Assembly (NCBI GenBank): GCA_035545515.1
Contig: DASZYH010000234.1
Coordinates: forward strand, 3,020 to 67,019
Direction of reading: 5' to 3'
Source of the DNA: Opitutaceae bacterium
Lineage (GTDB): Bacteria; Verrucomicrobiota; Verrucomicrobiia; Opitutales; Opitutaceae
Length of the DNA stretch: 64,000 bases
Part shown: positions 1-9,434 of the stretch, piece after piece
Numbering within the stretch: the stretch's first letter is position 1
How the letters are laid out: every line of letters starts with the position of its first letter
Program-made: the position numbers and the translations under genes
Notes under the pieces: generated by a model
Databases searched by the model: none
Seen by the model: the letters and a program-made list of their open reading frames with translations, nothing else
What the model was told of the DNA's origin: nothing

Positions 1-2
1 AC

Positions 3-473
3 CCGAAGGAATGCACGGCCGAGCTGCGGGCGGCCTGTGAGCGGCTCTCATTCGCGGGGGTTCCGTTGGGCAACCAGAGCGTGCTCCTGCGCGGCGTGAA
101 TGACGATGCCGACGTGATGAAGGCGCTGGTGCATCGTCTCCTCCGGATGCGGGTGCGGCCGTACTATCTGTACCAGATGGACCTGATTACCGGCGGAGCC
201 CATTTCAAGGTCGATGTCCGGAAGGGCATCGAGATCATCCGGGCATTGCGTGGGCACACCACCGGTTACGCCGTGCCGCAATACGTCATCGATGCGCCCG
301 GCGGGGGTGGCAAGGTGCCGATCAACCCCGACTACATCGAAAAGGTCACCGACGACGAGGTCGTCTTCCGGAACTACGAAGGCGACACGTACCGTTATCC
401 GCTGAAGGCGGCGCCGAAGCATGCGGCCCCGGCGTCCACGCCGGCCGAAACGGTCGCACGCGTGATCGACTGA
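3..473 (+). CDS. kamA: KamA-family radical SAM protein (lysine 2,3-aminomutase-like), 5'-truncated by window edge
   Basis: NQSVLLRGVND, RVRPYYLYQMD and LRGHTTGYAVPQYVIDAPGGGGKVP motifs; frame is open back to position 3. Confidence 0.85.
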   Translation, partial: PKECTAELRAACERLSFAGVPLGNQSVLLRGVNDDADVMKALVHRLLRMRVRPYYLYQMDLITGGAHFKVDVRKGIEIIRALRGHTTGYAVPQYVIDAPGGGGKVPINPDYIEKVTDDEVVFRNYEGDTYRYPLKAAPKHAAPASTPAETVARVID

Positions 474-614
474 GCCGCGGGCCTCCCCGGGCCAGCCCGC
501 CGCTGATTGGTCGCCCGTTCCGAGCGGAATGGGGGCGGCGCGGAAGTTTGCGTTGACGCGGCTGCGTGAATGGCTGACCCCGTCGGTAGCATTTGCTACC
601 TACCAACTTCCCGG

Positions 615-1706
615 ATGCCCCGTTCCCACAACTTCTCGGGCGGTCCTGGCGCCCTGCCCGATTCCGTCTTGGAGGAGACTCAAGCCGCGATTCGCCAGGC
701 GCCCGGTACTGCATTGTCCCTTCTCGGGCTCAGCCACCGCTCACCGTGGTTCGACTCGGTCATCAACGAGGCGGAAGCGCATTTTCGGGCGTTGCTTAAT
801 CTTCCGTCGGATTACCACGTCCTTTTCCTCCAGGGCGGAAGCACCCTGCAGTTTGCGCAAATCCCGATGACCCTGCTGAGGTCCGGCGGCGCCGCGGCGG
901 ACTATCTCCACACCGGGTACTGGAGCGGGAAGTCGCTGCCCGAGGCGCAGCGGCAGGGACCGACTCGGATCGTCTGGAGCGGCGAGGGGCAGGGATTCCG
1001 CCGGCTGCCGAAGGACGAGGAACTCCCGTTTTGCGGTGAAGCGCCGTACCTCCACTACGTTTCGAACGAGACGGTCGAGGGACTGCAGTTTCATCGGATC
1101 CTCGGACGCGACGATGTCTGCCGCATCTGCGACATGTCGTCGGATTTCCTGAGCCGACCGATCGAGGTCTCGCGTTTCGGGCTGATCTACGCGCACGCCC
1201 AGAAAAATCTCGGGCCGTCGGGCGTCACGGTCGTGATCGTGCGCGACGACATCGTGCGCCAGGTGCCGGACGGGCTGCCCTCGATGCTCGACTACCGGTG
1301 CCACGTGGGGGCGCGCAGTGTCTACAACACGCCGCCCGTGTTCGCAATCTACGTCACGATGCTGGTCGCGCGCTGGCTGCGCCACGAGATCGGCGGGCTG
1401 GAGCGGATGGGCGGGCTGAACGCGGCGAAAGCGGCGCGGTTGTATGCGGCGATCGATGGCAGCGGTGGCTATTATCGGGCGCGAGCGGCGGCGCCGGATC
1501 GCTCGCAGATGAACGTGGTGTTCAACCTGCCGACGGCCGCCGACGATGCGCGTTTCCTCCGCGTGGCGGAGGCCGCGGGGTTCTATGGTCTGGAGGGACA
1601 CCGGACGCTCGGCGGAATCCGGGCGTCGATCTACAACGCCGTCACGCCCGAGTCGGTTGACGCACTGATCGGGTTCATGCGCGATTTCCAGGGCCGGGAG
1701 GGTTGA
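615..1706 (+). CDS. serC: Phosphoserine aminotransferase (SerC-type class V PLP enzyme)
   Basis: NFSGGPG, SHRS, FLQGG, DMSS, AQKNLGPSG (PLP Lys), YNTPP, GHR..GGIRASIYNA; start taken at ATG 615 (570 possible). Confidence 0.9.
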   Translation: MPRSHNFSGGPGALPDSVLEETQAAIRQAPGTALSLLGLSHRSPWFDSVINEAEAHFRALLNLPSDYHVLFLQGGSTLQFAQIPMTLLRSGGAAADYLHTGYWSGKSLPEAQRQGPTRIVWSGEGQGFRRLPKDEELPFCGEAPYLHYVSNETVEGLQFHRILGRDDVCRICDMSSDFLSRPIEVSRFGLIYAHAQKNLGPSGVTVVIVRDDIVRQVPDGLPSMLDYRCHVGARSVYNTPPVFAIYVTMLVARWLRHEIGGLERMGGLNAAKAARLYAAIDGSGGYYRARAAAPDRSQMNVVFNLPTAADDARFLRVAEAAGFYGLEGHRTLGGIRASIYNAVTPESVDALIGFMRDFQGREG

Positions 1707-1710
1707 TCCG

Positions 1711-2592
1711 ATGTTCGCCTCCAACTACGCCGCCAATTCCGGTTTTCGGGAAACACCCTGGCCGCCGCTCCGGAATGCCGTGCTCGGTTATCTCGAACAG
1801 GCCCGGCCGCATGCGTGCTGGGGGCACGGCGAAGTGGACATTACCGATGCGCTTGGCCGCTTGAAGGACTGCCAGCGCGAACTGCGAATCGCCGTTTCGC
1901 TCCACGCCGTCATCCTGCACGCGCTTGCCCGGGCGGCGGTGGAACAGCCCGGCGTGATGACCTATCGCCACGGCCGCAAGCTCGTCACGTTCGAGGAGGC
2001 CGACGTTTCCACGACGATCGATCGTCGCATCGGCAGTCATCGGATCGCGGCCGTCTATTGCGTCCGCGGGGCGCAGCGAAAGTCGCTCGCGCGGCTGAAC
2101 TGGGAATTGCGTGAGGCGATCAACCAGCCGTTGCCGCCGGATCCGGCGATCCACTGGCGGCGACGCTTTGCGAAGCTTCCGGCATTCCTTCGGCCGCTGG
2201 TGAACCGGATGGTGACACGGAATCCCCACTGGGTCCGTCGCCTGTACGGCACGATCGGCCTCACGAACCTTCAGAGCCACGGGCTCAACCGTCCGTTCTG
2301 GGGATTTCCTCCGACGGTGTGCACCCTGACGCTTGCGGTCGGGACGGTGGTCGACCGGCTCGCGCTGGATCAGGCCGGCCGGCCAGTCGCGCGGAAACAC
2401 CTTTGCCTGGTCGGCGCCGCCGATCACGCCGTGATCGACGGGATGGCGCTATCGCGTTTCGTGTACCGCTTTATCCAACTCCTCGAGCCGGGGACCGTCC
2501 TCGACAGCGCCTTTGTCGACGAGACCCGCCGAATGATGGCGTCGGATCCGAAAACGGCCGGTTTCGCCGCGACCCGGGAGGTCGAGAAATGA
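1711..2592 (+). CDS. Stand-alone 2-oxoacid dehydrogenase E2-type / CAT-fold acyltransferase catalytic domain
   Basis: C-terminal DHAVIDG (HxxxDG) motif, GTIGLTNL segment; no lipoyl or E3-binding domain. Confidence 0.75.
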   Translation: MFASNYAANSGFRETPWPPLRNAVLGYLEQARPHACWGHGEVDITDALGRLKDCQRELRIAVSLHAVILHALARAAVEQPGVMTYRHGRKLVTFEEADVSTTIDRRIGSHRIAAVYCVRGAQRKSLARLNWELREAINQPLPPDPAIHWRRRFAKLPAFLRPLVNRMVTRNPHWVRRLYGTIGLTNLQSHGLNRPFWGFPPTVCTLTLAVGTVVDRLALDQAGRPVARKHLCLVGAADHAVIDGMALSRFVYRFIQLLEPGTVLDSAFVDETRRMMASDPKTAGFAATREVEK

Positions 2593-3938
2593 CGGCCACG
2601 CGTCCGCTTCCCCGCGCGCCGGGACACTGGCTGCTGGGCAACGCGCACGCGATGCGCGACCGCCCGCACACCTTCGTGGCGGAAATCGGCCACGCCAACG
2701 GCGGGTTGGCGCAGCTCCGGATCCTGCATCGACGGATGATCGCCGTGACGGGGCCCGACCTGATCCGCCAGGTGCTCATCACGCGGCACGACCGGTACGA
2801 ACGCAGCTTCCACTACCGCACCGCGCAACTCTCGGTCGGCAAGGGATTGCTGACCACGGATGGCCCCGTCTGGAAGGTGCGCCGGCGTCAGGTTCAGCCG
2901 GCATTCCGACCCGAGGCGCTGCAGCGTCTCGTGCCCGCCGTTCACGGCGCCGCTGGCGAGATGTTTGCCCGCTGGGATCAAAAGGTCGCCGCCGGCGAAC
3001 CCGTGCCGCTGCTGGAGGAAATGCAGACGTTCGCGCTGACCGTGATGTGCCGCGCGCTCCTGTCCGTCAGCATCGACTCGGCGGAAGCGCGGCGGTTCGG
3101 CGAGGCCGTTCGCAGCAGCCTTTACCTTGTCCGGCGCCGCAACACGTCGCTGTGTCCGATGCCGCGCTGGGTGCCGGATCGGACGAACCGCGCGCTGCGC
3201 GAGACCTACGATGTCCTCGACGCCTACGTCGCGCTGCACCTGCGGCCGCGGCGGGAGGGAAGGGAGCCGCCGAAGGCCGACATCGCGCAGGCGCTCCTCG
3301 ATGCGCGCGATCCGGAGACGGGCGAGCCGCTGTCGTGGCAGGCGTTGCGCGATGAGACGAAGACGCTGTTCACCGCCGGATTTGAAACCAGTGCGACGAT
3401 GCTCGCGTGGGCGCTCCACTCGCTGTCGCACCACCCGGCGGTGGCGGCCGCGTGGCGGGCCGAGATCGATGATGTGCTCAGCGGCCGGCCGGCTACGTGG
3501 GACGATCTCCCCCGGCTGGTCGTGACGGACCGAATCGTGCAGGAAACGCTCCGACTGTATCCGCCCGTCTATACGCTCGGTCGGGTCTGCGTGGAGGACG
3601 ATGAGCTGGGCGGCTGTCGGATTTCGCGCGGCAGCACGCTCCTGCTGTCGGTTTACGGCGCGCACCGTGATCCGGCGTTTTGGACGGACCCCGCGCGATT
3701 TGATCCGGACCGTTTTGCGCCGGGCCGGGAATGGGCGCGGCATGCGTTCCTGCCGTTTGCCCTCGGGAAGCACACCTGCGTCGGCAACAATTTCGCCGTC
3801 GCGGAGGCCGTGCTGGGCCTGGCCACGATCGGACAGCGGTACCGCATCGAACCGACGGTGGATTACCAGGTGCCGATCCGGCCCCAGGTGACGCTGGTGC
3901 CGGCCCGCGAAATTCCGGTCCGGTTTGTCCGGCGATGA
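2589..3938 (+). CDS. Cytochrome P450
   Basis: I-helix AGFETS, ETLR (ExxR), FDPDRF, PFALGKHTCVG heme-Cys; ATGA overlap with upstream gene. Confidence 0.95.
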   Translation: MTATRPLPRAPGHWLLGNAHAMRDRPHTFVAEIGHANGGLAQLRILHRRMIAVTGPDLIRQVLITRHDRYERSFHYRTAQLSVGKGLLTTDGPVWKVRRRQVQPAFRPEALQRLVPAVHGAAGEMFARWDQKVAAGEPVPLLEEMQTFALTVMCRALLSVSIDSAEARRFGEAVRSSLYLVRRRNTSLCPMPRWVPDRTNRALRETYDVLDAYVALHLRPRREGREPPKADIAQALLDARDPETGEPLSWQALRDETKTLFTAGFETSATMLAWALHSLSHHPAVAAAWRAEIDDVLSGRPATWDDLPRLVVTDRIVQETLRLYPPVYTLGRVCVEDDELGGCRISRGSTLLLSVYGAHRDPAFWTDPARFDPDRFAPGREWARHAFLPFALGKHTCVGNNFAVAEAVLGLATIGQRYRIEPTVDYQVPIRPQVTLVPAREIPVRFVRR

Positions 3939-4510
3939 CGACGATACGGCGCGTGACCCGGGAGCTCCGCTTGTCCGAGCCGGCGGAGATCGACGGCTAC
4001 GAAGCGGTGTTTTATGCGGCGTTCGAGCAGGCCCGCCATAATCGGCTCGTGCGTTGGCTGTGGGACTGGGACCACGCGCGGAGGCGCCTGCGGACGCGAA
4101 TCCCGTATTCCGATCAGCGCATCTGGGGAATGCAGAGCGAGTCGGGAGGGCTCGCCGGCGGGATCGCGGTGAACGTCGCGCTGCGAGAGTTGCAGGCGGC
4201 GGCGTACGAATTTGTTTTGCCCGCCGAACTCGCCGCCATCCGCGACGCCGGCCGGCTCTGTGAGTTCCTGACCCTGTTTTCCGCGCGCGAGCAGTCGATG
4301 CGGCGGATGGCTTCGCTCTGGCGCGAGGTTTTTGGCGACCTGCGGTCCGCTGGATTCACGCATGCGGTGGCGACAACGTCTCCCAAGGTCATGCCCCTCT
4401 ACCGCTGGGCGGGTGCGCATCCGATCGGCGAGACACAGGTTCAGGGCGAGACACGAATTTTTCTCGCGTTCGATCTTCTGCACACTCGGAGATTATATGC
4501 AAATAACTGA
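3935..4510 (+). CDS. Putative GNAT-fold acyltransferase (acyl-HSL synthase / N-acyl amino acid synthase-like size)
   Basis: ATGA overlap with the P450; 191 aa; C-terminal ATTSPKVMPLYRWAG resembles GNAT motif B; family call tentative. Confidence 0.45.
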   Translation: MTTIRRVTRELRLSEPAEIDGYEAVFYAAFEQARHNRLVRWLWDWDHARRRLRTRIPYSDQRIWGMQSESGGLAGGIAVNVALRELQAAAYEFVLPAELAAIRDAGRLCEFLTLFSAREQSMRRMASLWREVFGDLRSAGFTHAVATTSPKVMPLYRWAGAHPIGETQVQGETRIFLAFDLLHTRRLYANN

Positions 4511-4658
4511 ATAATAGTTAGATGCGTTTTATTCAAAAACCCGAACTTTTTTTGAGCGTTTTGCAGATGACCCCGTCTATCTCCGCGTAGTCAGCACTGT
4601 CCGCAAGGACGGTGAATGTTTGTAGTTCTTACGGTTTGCTTGGTGTTAGGTCACACGG

Positions 4659-4692
4659 GCCGCTCCCCCAAAGGGAGCGGCTCTTGTGTTTT
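4659..4692 (+). terminator. Intrinsic terminator-like hairpin
   Basis: GCCGCTCCC-CCAAA-GGGAGCGGC followed by TCTTGTGTTTT. Confidence 0.6.
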
Positions 4693-5019
4693 GGCCCGCC
4701 GGGCGCGTCGTCGCCCGCGAGCAGGGCGGCCCACGATAACTGTCGTCGACGTCCCCGCCGTTCGCCTTCGGGATCTCGCGGTCGCGTTCACACGGCGATG
4801 CCCGCAACCTACATCCGGCATCGGTCCGTCGGTATCGAGCGGCTTACCGAACCCGAGGTGGAGAACCAGGCGCCGTGGTCATCGGGGTTTGCCGGCGCGG
4901 CGCATCCGGCCCGGCGTCGGCGTCGATCCGCCTGACGGAACTCTCGCGTCCGCCCGGAGGATCCGTCGCCGCGCGTCGCGCTTGCCGAGCCGCCAACCGT
5001 GCGTTTTGGTTGGCGGTTC

Positions 5020-5613
5020 ATGATTTCGCTGCACGAAGGGAAGGGCACCCGGACGAAGAAACCGCCCGAACGGGCGTTCACGGTCCGGTTGTCGGTGGTC
5101 GGCTGCCATCCGAAGATCTGGCGCCGGCTCGTCGTCCGCGAATCGATGTGGCTCTCACGCCTGCACGACAGCATCCAGATCGCGTTCGACTGGTTCGATT
5201 ACCAGACCCATGCCTTCAATCTCGACGATCTCCGGTTCGGCAACCCGCTGAAACGCGACGACCTCACGATCGAGGATGACCGCGATGTGACGCTGGCGGA
5301 TCTCGATCTCGAACATCGGGAGCGGTTCACCTACGGTTATCATTTCGGTGAGGGCTGGCAGGTTGAACTCAAGGTCGAGAAAACCGGGCCGGTCGAAAAG
5401 GGCGCCCATTATCCCGCCTGCGTCGCCGGCGAGCGTGCCGGTCCGCCCGAGGATTGCGGCGGTCTCGAGGCGTTTCACGACATGCTCGCCTGCATCAAGG
5501 AACCGCATACGGACCTCGGGCGCGAGTGGATCGAATGGCTCGGCCCGGATTACGATGCCGATCGGTGCGATCTCGAGAAAATCAACAAGGCGCTGAAAAA
5601 GCTGGGGAAATAG
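5020..5613 (+). CDS. Plasmid pRiA4b ORF-3 family protein
   Basis: IWRRLVV...LSRLHDSIQIAFDW, YGYHFGEGW, GERAGPPEDCGG. Confidence 0.85.
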   Translation: MISLHEGKGTRTKKPPERAFTVRLSVVGCHPKIWRRLVVRESMWLSRLHDSIQIAFDWFDYQTHAFNLDDLRFGNPLKRDDLTIEDDRDVTLADLDLEHRERFTYGYHFGEGWQVELKVEKTGPVEKGAHYPACVAGERAGPPEDCGGLEAFHDMLACIKEPHTDLGREWIEWLGPDYDADRCDLEKINKALKKLGK

Positions 5614-5736
5614 GAGCGGCGCGCGCTTCGGCTCTGCTGGGGGAGTCGCCACCTCGCCCGATCACGCCCGGCCAACAGTCTCCGTCTTGTCGGCGCGATT
5701 GCGCCCCGGCCGCGGCCGGTGGTTTCGGCGCACGCG

Positions 5737-6042
5737 TCAGAAGTGCTGGTAGACAGGCGACGGGAAAAACGGCGCCAGCCAGTCGATGAATCCCTTCAGG
5801 AACGGAGGTTCCGTCCGCGTCTGCGTCCAGTGGAGGATGAGGATGAACAGCACGAGAAGCAGAATCAGGCCGACCAGCGCCGGACTGATGCTGCGCAGGA
5901 AACGATAGAAACCGATCACCATCATCACGACAAAAAATCCGCAAACGACCGTGATGAAGTGGTGTTGCGTGAACAGCAGCTTGATCTGAACCCACAGCGG
6001 ATTCATCGCCTGACCCACTGCGTCGAGATTATGGTGCTTCAT
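5737..6042 (-). CDS. Small membrane protein of unknown function
   Basis: Two long hydrophobic stretches (FITVVCGFFVVMMVIGF; LVGLILLLVLFILIL). Confidence 0.7.
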   Translation of the reverse strand: MKHHNLDAVGQAMNPLWVQIKLLFTQHHFITVVCGFFVVMMVIGFYRFLRSISPALVGLILLLVLFILILHWTQTRTEPPFLKGFIDWLAPFFPSPVYQHF

Positions 6043-6190
6043 TCGCGCGCGGCGAAGATGGGGCTCTGCTCGTCGGCCGGTCAATTAACGTGCTGCATCC
6101 TAACCGCTAAGCCTTGCGGCGCACCGGAATCAGACTGGAAGATTTGCATTGCCGTGGGGATGATCCTCAGTGCGAAGCTTCGCTTTTCCC

Positions 6191-8563
6191 ATGCGTCGGA
6201 TCTGCCTCCTCCTGACGATCGCCGGCGTGGTGGTCGTTTTCCTTTGCCGGCACGCCCTGCAAACCCGCTCCGGCAAGCCTGATGAAGGCGGCTCCATTCA
6301 CCGGGCGGTTGCGCGGACGGTGGTCGCACTGGCATCCACGAAGACGCCGGCCGTCCCGGCCGGAGGGCTGCTCGCGTTCGCCGCGCCGGCATCCGCCGCG
6401 GCTCTCGATGTGGCGCTGCCGGCCCCGACTCGCGTCATCCATTATGTCCGCGTCGACCGCCGGCTGATCGAATCCAAGGCGTCGCCTTTTTGGACCCGGG
6501 CGGGTCGGCTCGAACTGCCCCGACCCGATGGTGGCACGTACACGGTGGTGATCGACGACAGCGTGATGCTGGGCCCCGATCGGTTCACGAGCACGGGCCA
6601 CATTGAAGGCGAGCAGCCGAGCCGGGTCGTGTTGGCCTACAACCGCGGGTATCTCAGCGGATCGGTCGAGACGGCTGGGTATGAATATGCGCTTCGGCCC
6701 GCGACGGACACGCTTTCGCAGTACTACCAGGTCGACCCGGCGATGGTCGGCAACTGCGGCGGGGCGATTCATCCGCCGATCGACGCCGCCACGGTCGCGG
6801 CCGTGGCCGCGCATAAACAACGGCAAGCCGAGCTTGCTTCATCGGCGGCGCCCGCCGGCGCGCCCGCGACCGCCGCCGCGGTTTCGCCGTCCGGCGTGGT
6901 GGTCGACGTGATGATGCTCTACACGCAGGCGGTGAAGCCGACCATGACCGGTGATGCGCGGGTGGCGGCGCTGCAAAGCGAGTTCGATGCGGCGATTGCG
7001 AAGGTGAACGCCGAACTCTCCGCCAGCCAGGTCAGCGCCCGTGTCCGCCTCGTGAAGATTGCCCAAACCCAGTACAACGCCGACGGTCCCGTCACGAATG
7101 CGGTCGCGAACTTTCAGTCCGACGCCCTCACGGCGTTGTATACGACCAGCGACGGCAACATGGATGAGATCCATGCGCTGCGAGACCAGGCCGGCGCGGA
7201 CGTCGTCGTGCTGGCCCTCAACCGGTCCGACACGGCGAGCATCGGCTTGAGCTTCGTCCTCGACACCCCGGCGCTCGTCGAAGCGTCGGCCGCCTCCTAC
7301 AACCCGCTCTATGCGTTTTCGGTCGTGCAATATTCGACGATTGCCGGCACGGACGTCGTGCCGCATGAACTCGGCCACGTGTTCGGCTGCGCGCACGCGC
7401 GTGGCGACCCGGGTGCGACCGGCACGAAGGACGGCGCCTACACGTACAGCTACGGCTATCGCTTCTACGGCGCCGACGGTCGGCAGTATCACGACATCAT
7501 GGCGTATTCACCTGGCACGCCGCTGAGCTACTATTCCAATCCCGACCTCACCGTTCCCGCGCCGGTCAATGCGCCGATTGGAATTGCGCCGGGCCAGCCG
7601 GGGGAGGCCGACTGCGCGTTGACGATCGACCAGGATGCGTTCGAGGTGGCATCATATCGCCTGCAAACCCAGGCCGCGCCGGCCGGCACGCTGGTGAATG
7701 TGTCGACCCGGGCGTACGTCGGAACCGGGAACCAGGTTTTGATCGGGGGCTTCATCATCGACGGCGCACAGTCGAAGCGCGTGCTCATCCGGGCTGCCGG
7801 CCCTGCGCTCGCGGGATATGGCGTGACCGACGCGCTGTCGGCGCCGGTGCTGGACGTGTATTCAGGTGCCAATGTCATCGCCCACAACGCCGGGTGGAGC
7901 TCACAGACCGGCGCCGACACCGTCGCGGCGGTCTCCAATCAGGTCGGGGCCTTCGCCTTTGCCGCCGGGAGCGGCGATGACGCCGTCCTCACGACGCTGG
8001 CCCCAGGCGCGTACACCGCGATCGTGCAGGGTGCGTCCGGCAGTTCCGGGTCCGGATTGGTGGAGGTGTACGATGTCGATCGGACGGGCAACAAGATCAT
8101 CAATCTCTCGACGCGCGGATACTCCGACATCGGCAAACCGATGATCGGTGGATTCGTCGTCAACGGCGAAGCCGGCACGACGAAACGCGTGCTGATCCGC
8201 GTCCGGGGCCCCACGCTCAACCGCGACTTCGGCATCACCGAGGCGATGGATGATCCAATGCTGGAACTGCACGACGCGGCGGGGGATCTCCTGATCAAGA
8301 ACGATGACTGGAGCTCCGGCGACACCGCGGGAGTGATCAATCCGACGAACGATTTCAGCCCGGCCGTGAAAACCTACAGCGAGCAGGAAATCTCCGCGAC
8401 TGGACTGGCCCCGGCCAACCGACGCGAGCCGTGTGTCCTGGTGGATCTGGCGCCCGGCGCCTATTCGGCGGTGGTGTTGCCATTCCAGGACCTTACTGCG
8501 ACGCCGCCGGAACCCGCCGCGCCGGGCGTGGGCATCGTCGAGGTTTACGAAATTGCCCAGTGA
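6191..8563 (+). CDS. Secreted M12/reprolysin-like zinc metallopeptidase with two C-terminal 'NxSTR' domains
   Basis: N-terminal hydrophobic anchor; HELGHVFGCAH (HExxHxxGxxH) plus Met-turn DIMAY; repeats NVSTR...EVYDV and NLSTR...EVYEI. Confidence 0.85.
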   Translation: MRRICLLLTIAGVVVVFLCRHALQTRSGKPDEGGSIHRAVARTVVALASTKTPAVPAGGLLAFAAPASAAALDVALPAPTRVIHYVRVDRRLIESKASPFWTRAGRLELPRPDGGTYTVVIDDSVMLGPDRFTSTGHIEGEQPSRVVLAYNRGYLSGSVETAGYEYALRPATDTLSQYYQVDPAMVGNCGGAIHPPIDAATVAAVAAHKQRQAELASSAAPAGAPATAAAVSPSGVVVDVMMLYTQAVKPTMTGDARVAALQSEFDAAIAKVNAELSASQVSARVRLVKIAQTQYNADGPVTNAVANFQSDALTALYTTSDGNMDEIHALRDQAGADVVVLALNRSDTASIGLSFVLDTPALVEASAASYNPLYAFSVVQYSTIAGTDVVPHELGHVFGCAHARGDPGATGTKDGAYTYSYGYRFYGADGRQYHDIMAYSPGTPLSYYSNPDLTVPAPVNAPIGIAPGQPGEADCALTIDQDAFEVASYRLQTQAAPAGTLVNVSTRAYVGTGNQVLIGGFIIDGAQSKRVLIRAAGPALAGYGVTDALSAPVLDVYSGANVIAHNAGWSSQTGADTVAAVSNQVGAFAFAAGSGDDAVLTTLAPGAYTAIVQGASGSSGSGLVEVYDVDRTGNKIINLSTRGYSDIGKPMIGGFVVNGEAGTTKRVLIRVRGPTLNRDFGITEAMDDPMLELHDAAGDLLIKNDDWSSGDTAGVINPTNDFSPAVKTYSEQEISATGLAPANRREPCVLVDLAPGAYSAVVLPFQDLTATPPEPAAPGVGIVEVYEIAQ

Positions 8564-8588
8564 CCGGGTTTGTCGGAGTGCTCCGGTT

Positions 8589-8602
8589 TTGACTGGGGTC
8601 AA
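8589..8602 (+). promoter_or_regulatory. FNR/Dnr-type box upstream of ywiC-like gene
   Basis: Perfect palindrome TTGAC-TGGG-GTCAA; centre 41.5 nt upstream of ATG 8637; TAGGAT at 8624-8629. Confidence 0.75.
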
Positions 8603-8636
8603 GGCGCCGTTCCGCCACGCTGGTAGGATTGGCGGC

Positions 8637-9434
8637 ATGGATAACGTCGCAGCACCTTCCCGGCCGGTGGCAGCCTCCCCTTGGAGCGACCTCGTTCTTC
8701 CCAAGGAACACGGCAGCTGGTCGCTTGCCCTCGAGCCCGTCGCGCTGGGGATGATTTCCGCGCCATCGTGGGCCGGCCTCGCGCTCTCGGTCGCGACGGT
8801 GGCGGCGTTTTTCACCCGGCGACCGCTGCGAATCGGCGTCACCGAACAGCGTGCGGCGCGCCGGCTCGCGGCGCGGCGGGCCGCCGTCGCCTGTGGAGCC
8901 GTGGTTCTGGCCGGGTGGTGTGGAGCCCTTTTCGGTGCGGGAACCGGTTGGTGGCCGTGGCTGCTTCCGTCGGCCGCCGCCGGGGCGTTTTTCCTCTTTT
9001 TCGACCTCCAGCAGTCCGGTCGCGAGCAGCACGCCGAGATTGCCGGGGCCACCGCTTTCGCCTGGCTGCCCGCCGTCTTTGCGGCGCTGGCTGGCTGGCC
9101 GGCCCGGTCGGCCGCGGCACTGGGTGTCATCATGCTCGTGCGGGCGGTTCCGACGGTGCTCACCGTGCGGGCGTGGTTGCGCGGCCGGAAGACCGGTGTC
9201 CGGCGGCCCCTGCTGCCACTTGCGGCTGCAGTGCTCGCCGCGATCGTCGGGCTCGAACTCGCGCGCAGCGGACTCGCTCCGTGGATCGCGGCTGTCCTCC
9301 TGGTGGCGCTTGCGCTGCGGTCCATCGCACTGCTGCTGTTTTCCCCCGCCACATTGCGGGCATCAACGCTCGGCATGATCGAGGCCGGCGTCGGCGCTGT
9401 GTTCGTCATTGCCGTCGCTTTCGCGTGGCGGTGA
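8637..9434 (+). CDS. YwiC-like membrane protein
   Basis: LPKEHGSW motif followed by multiple TM helices. Confidence 0.75.
   Translation: MDNVAAPSRPVAASPWSDLVLPKEHGSWSLALEPVALGMISAPSWAGLALSVATVAAFFTRRPLRIGVTEQRAARRLAARRAAVACGAVVLAGWCGALFGAGTGWWPWLLPSAAAGAFFLFFDLQQSGREQHAEIAGATAFAWLPAVFAALAGWPARSAAALGVIMLVRAVPTVLTVRAWLRGRKTGVRRPLLPLAAAVLAAIVGLELARSGLAPWIAAVLLVALALRSIALLLFSPATLRASTLGMIEAGVGAVFVIAVAFAWR

Noticed and set aside
3-473. kamA as part of the serC-P450 pathway (beta-lysine supply)
   Set aside because: ~140-nt gap with no coupling; cannot be supported from sequence alone
4484-4495. ACTCGGAGATTA as a sixth copy of the 46.6 kb motif
   Set aside because: A 10/12 match is expected by chance in 64 kb; noted only because AT-rich DNA follows
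4616-5023. 135-aa ORF as a real gene
   Set aside because: It reads through a terminator-like hairpin, and the rest is Arg/Pro-rich noise
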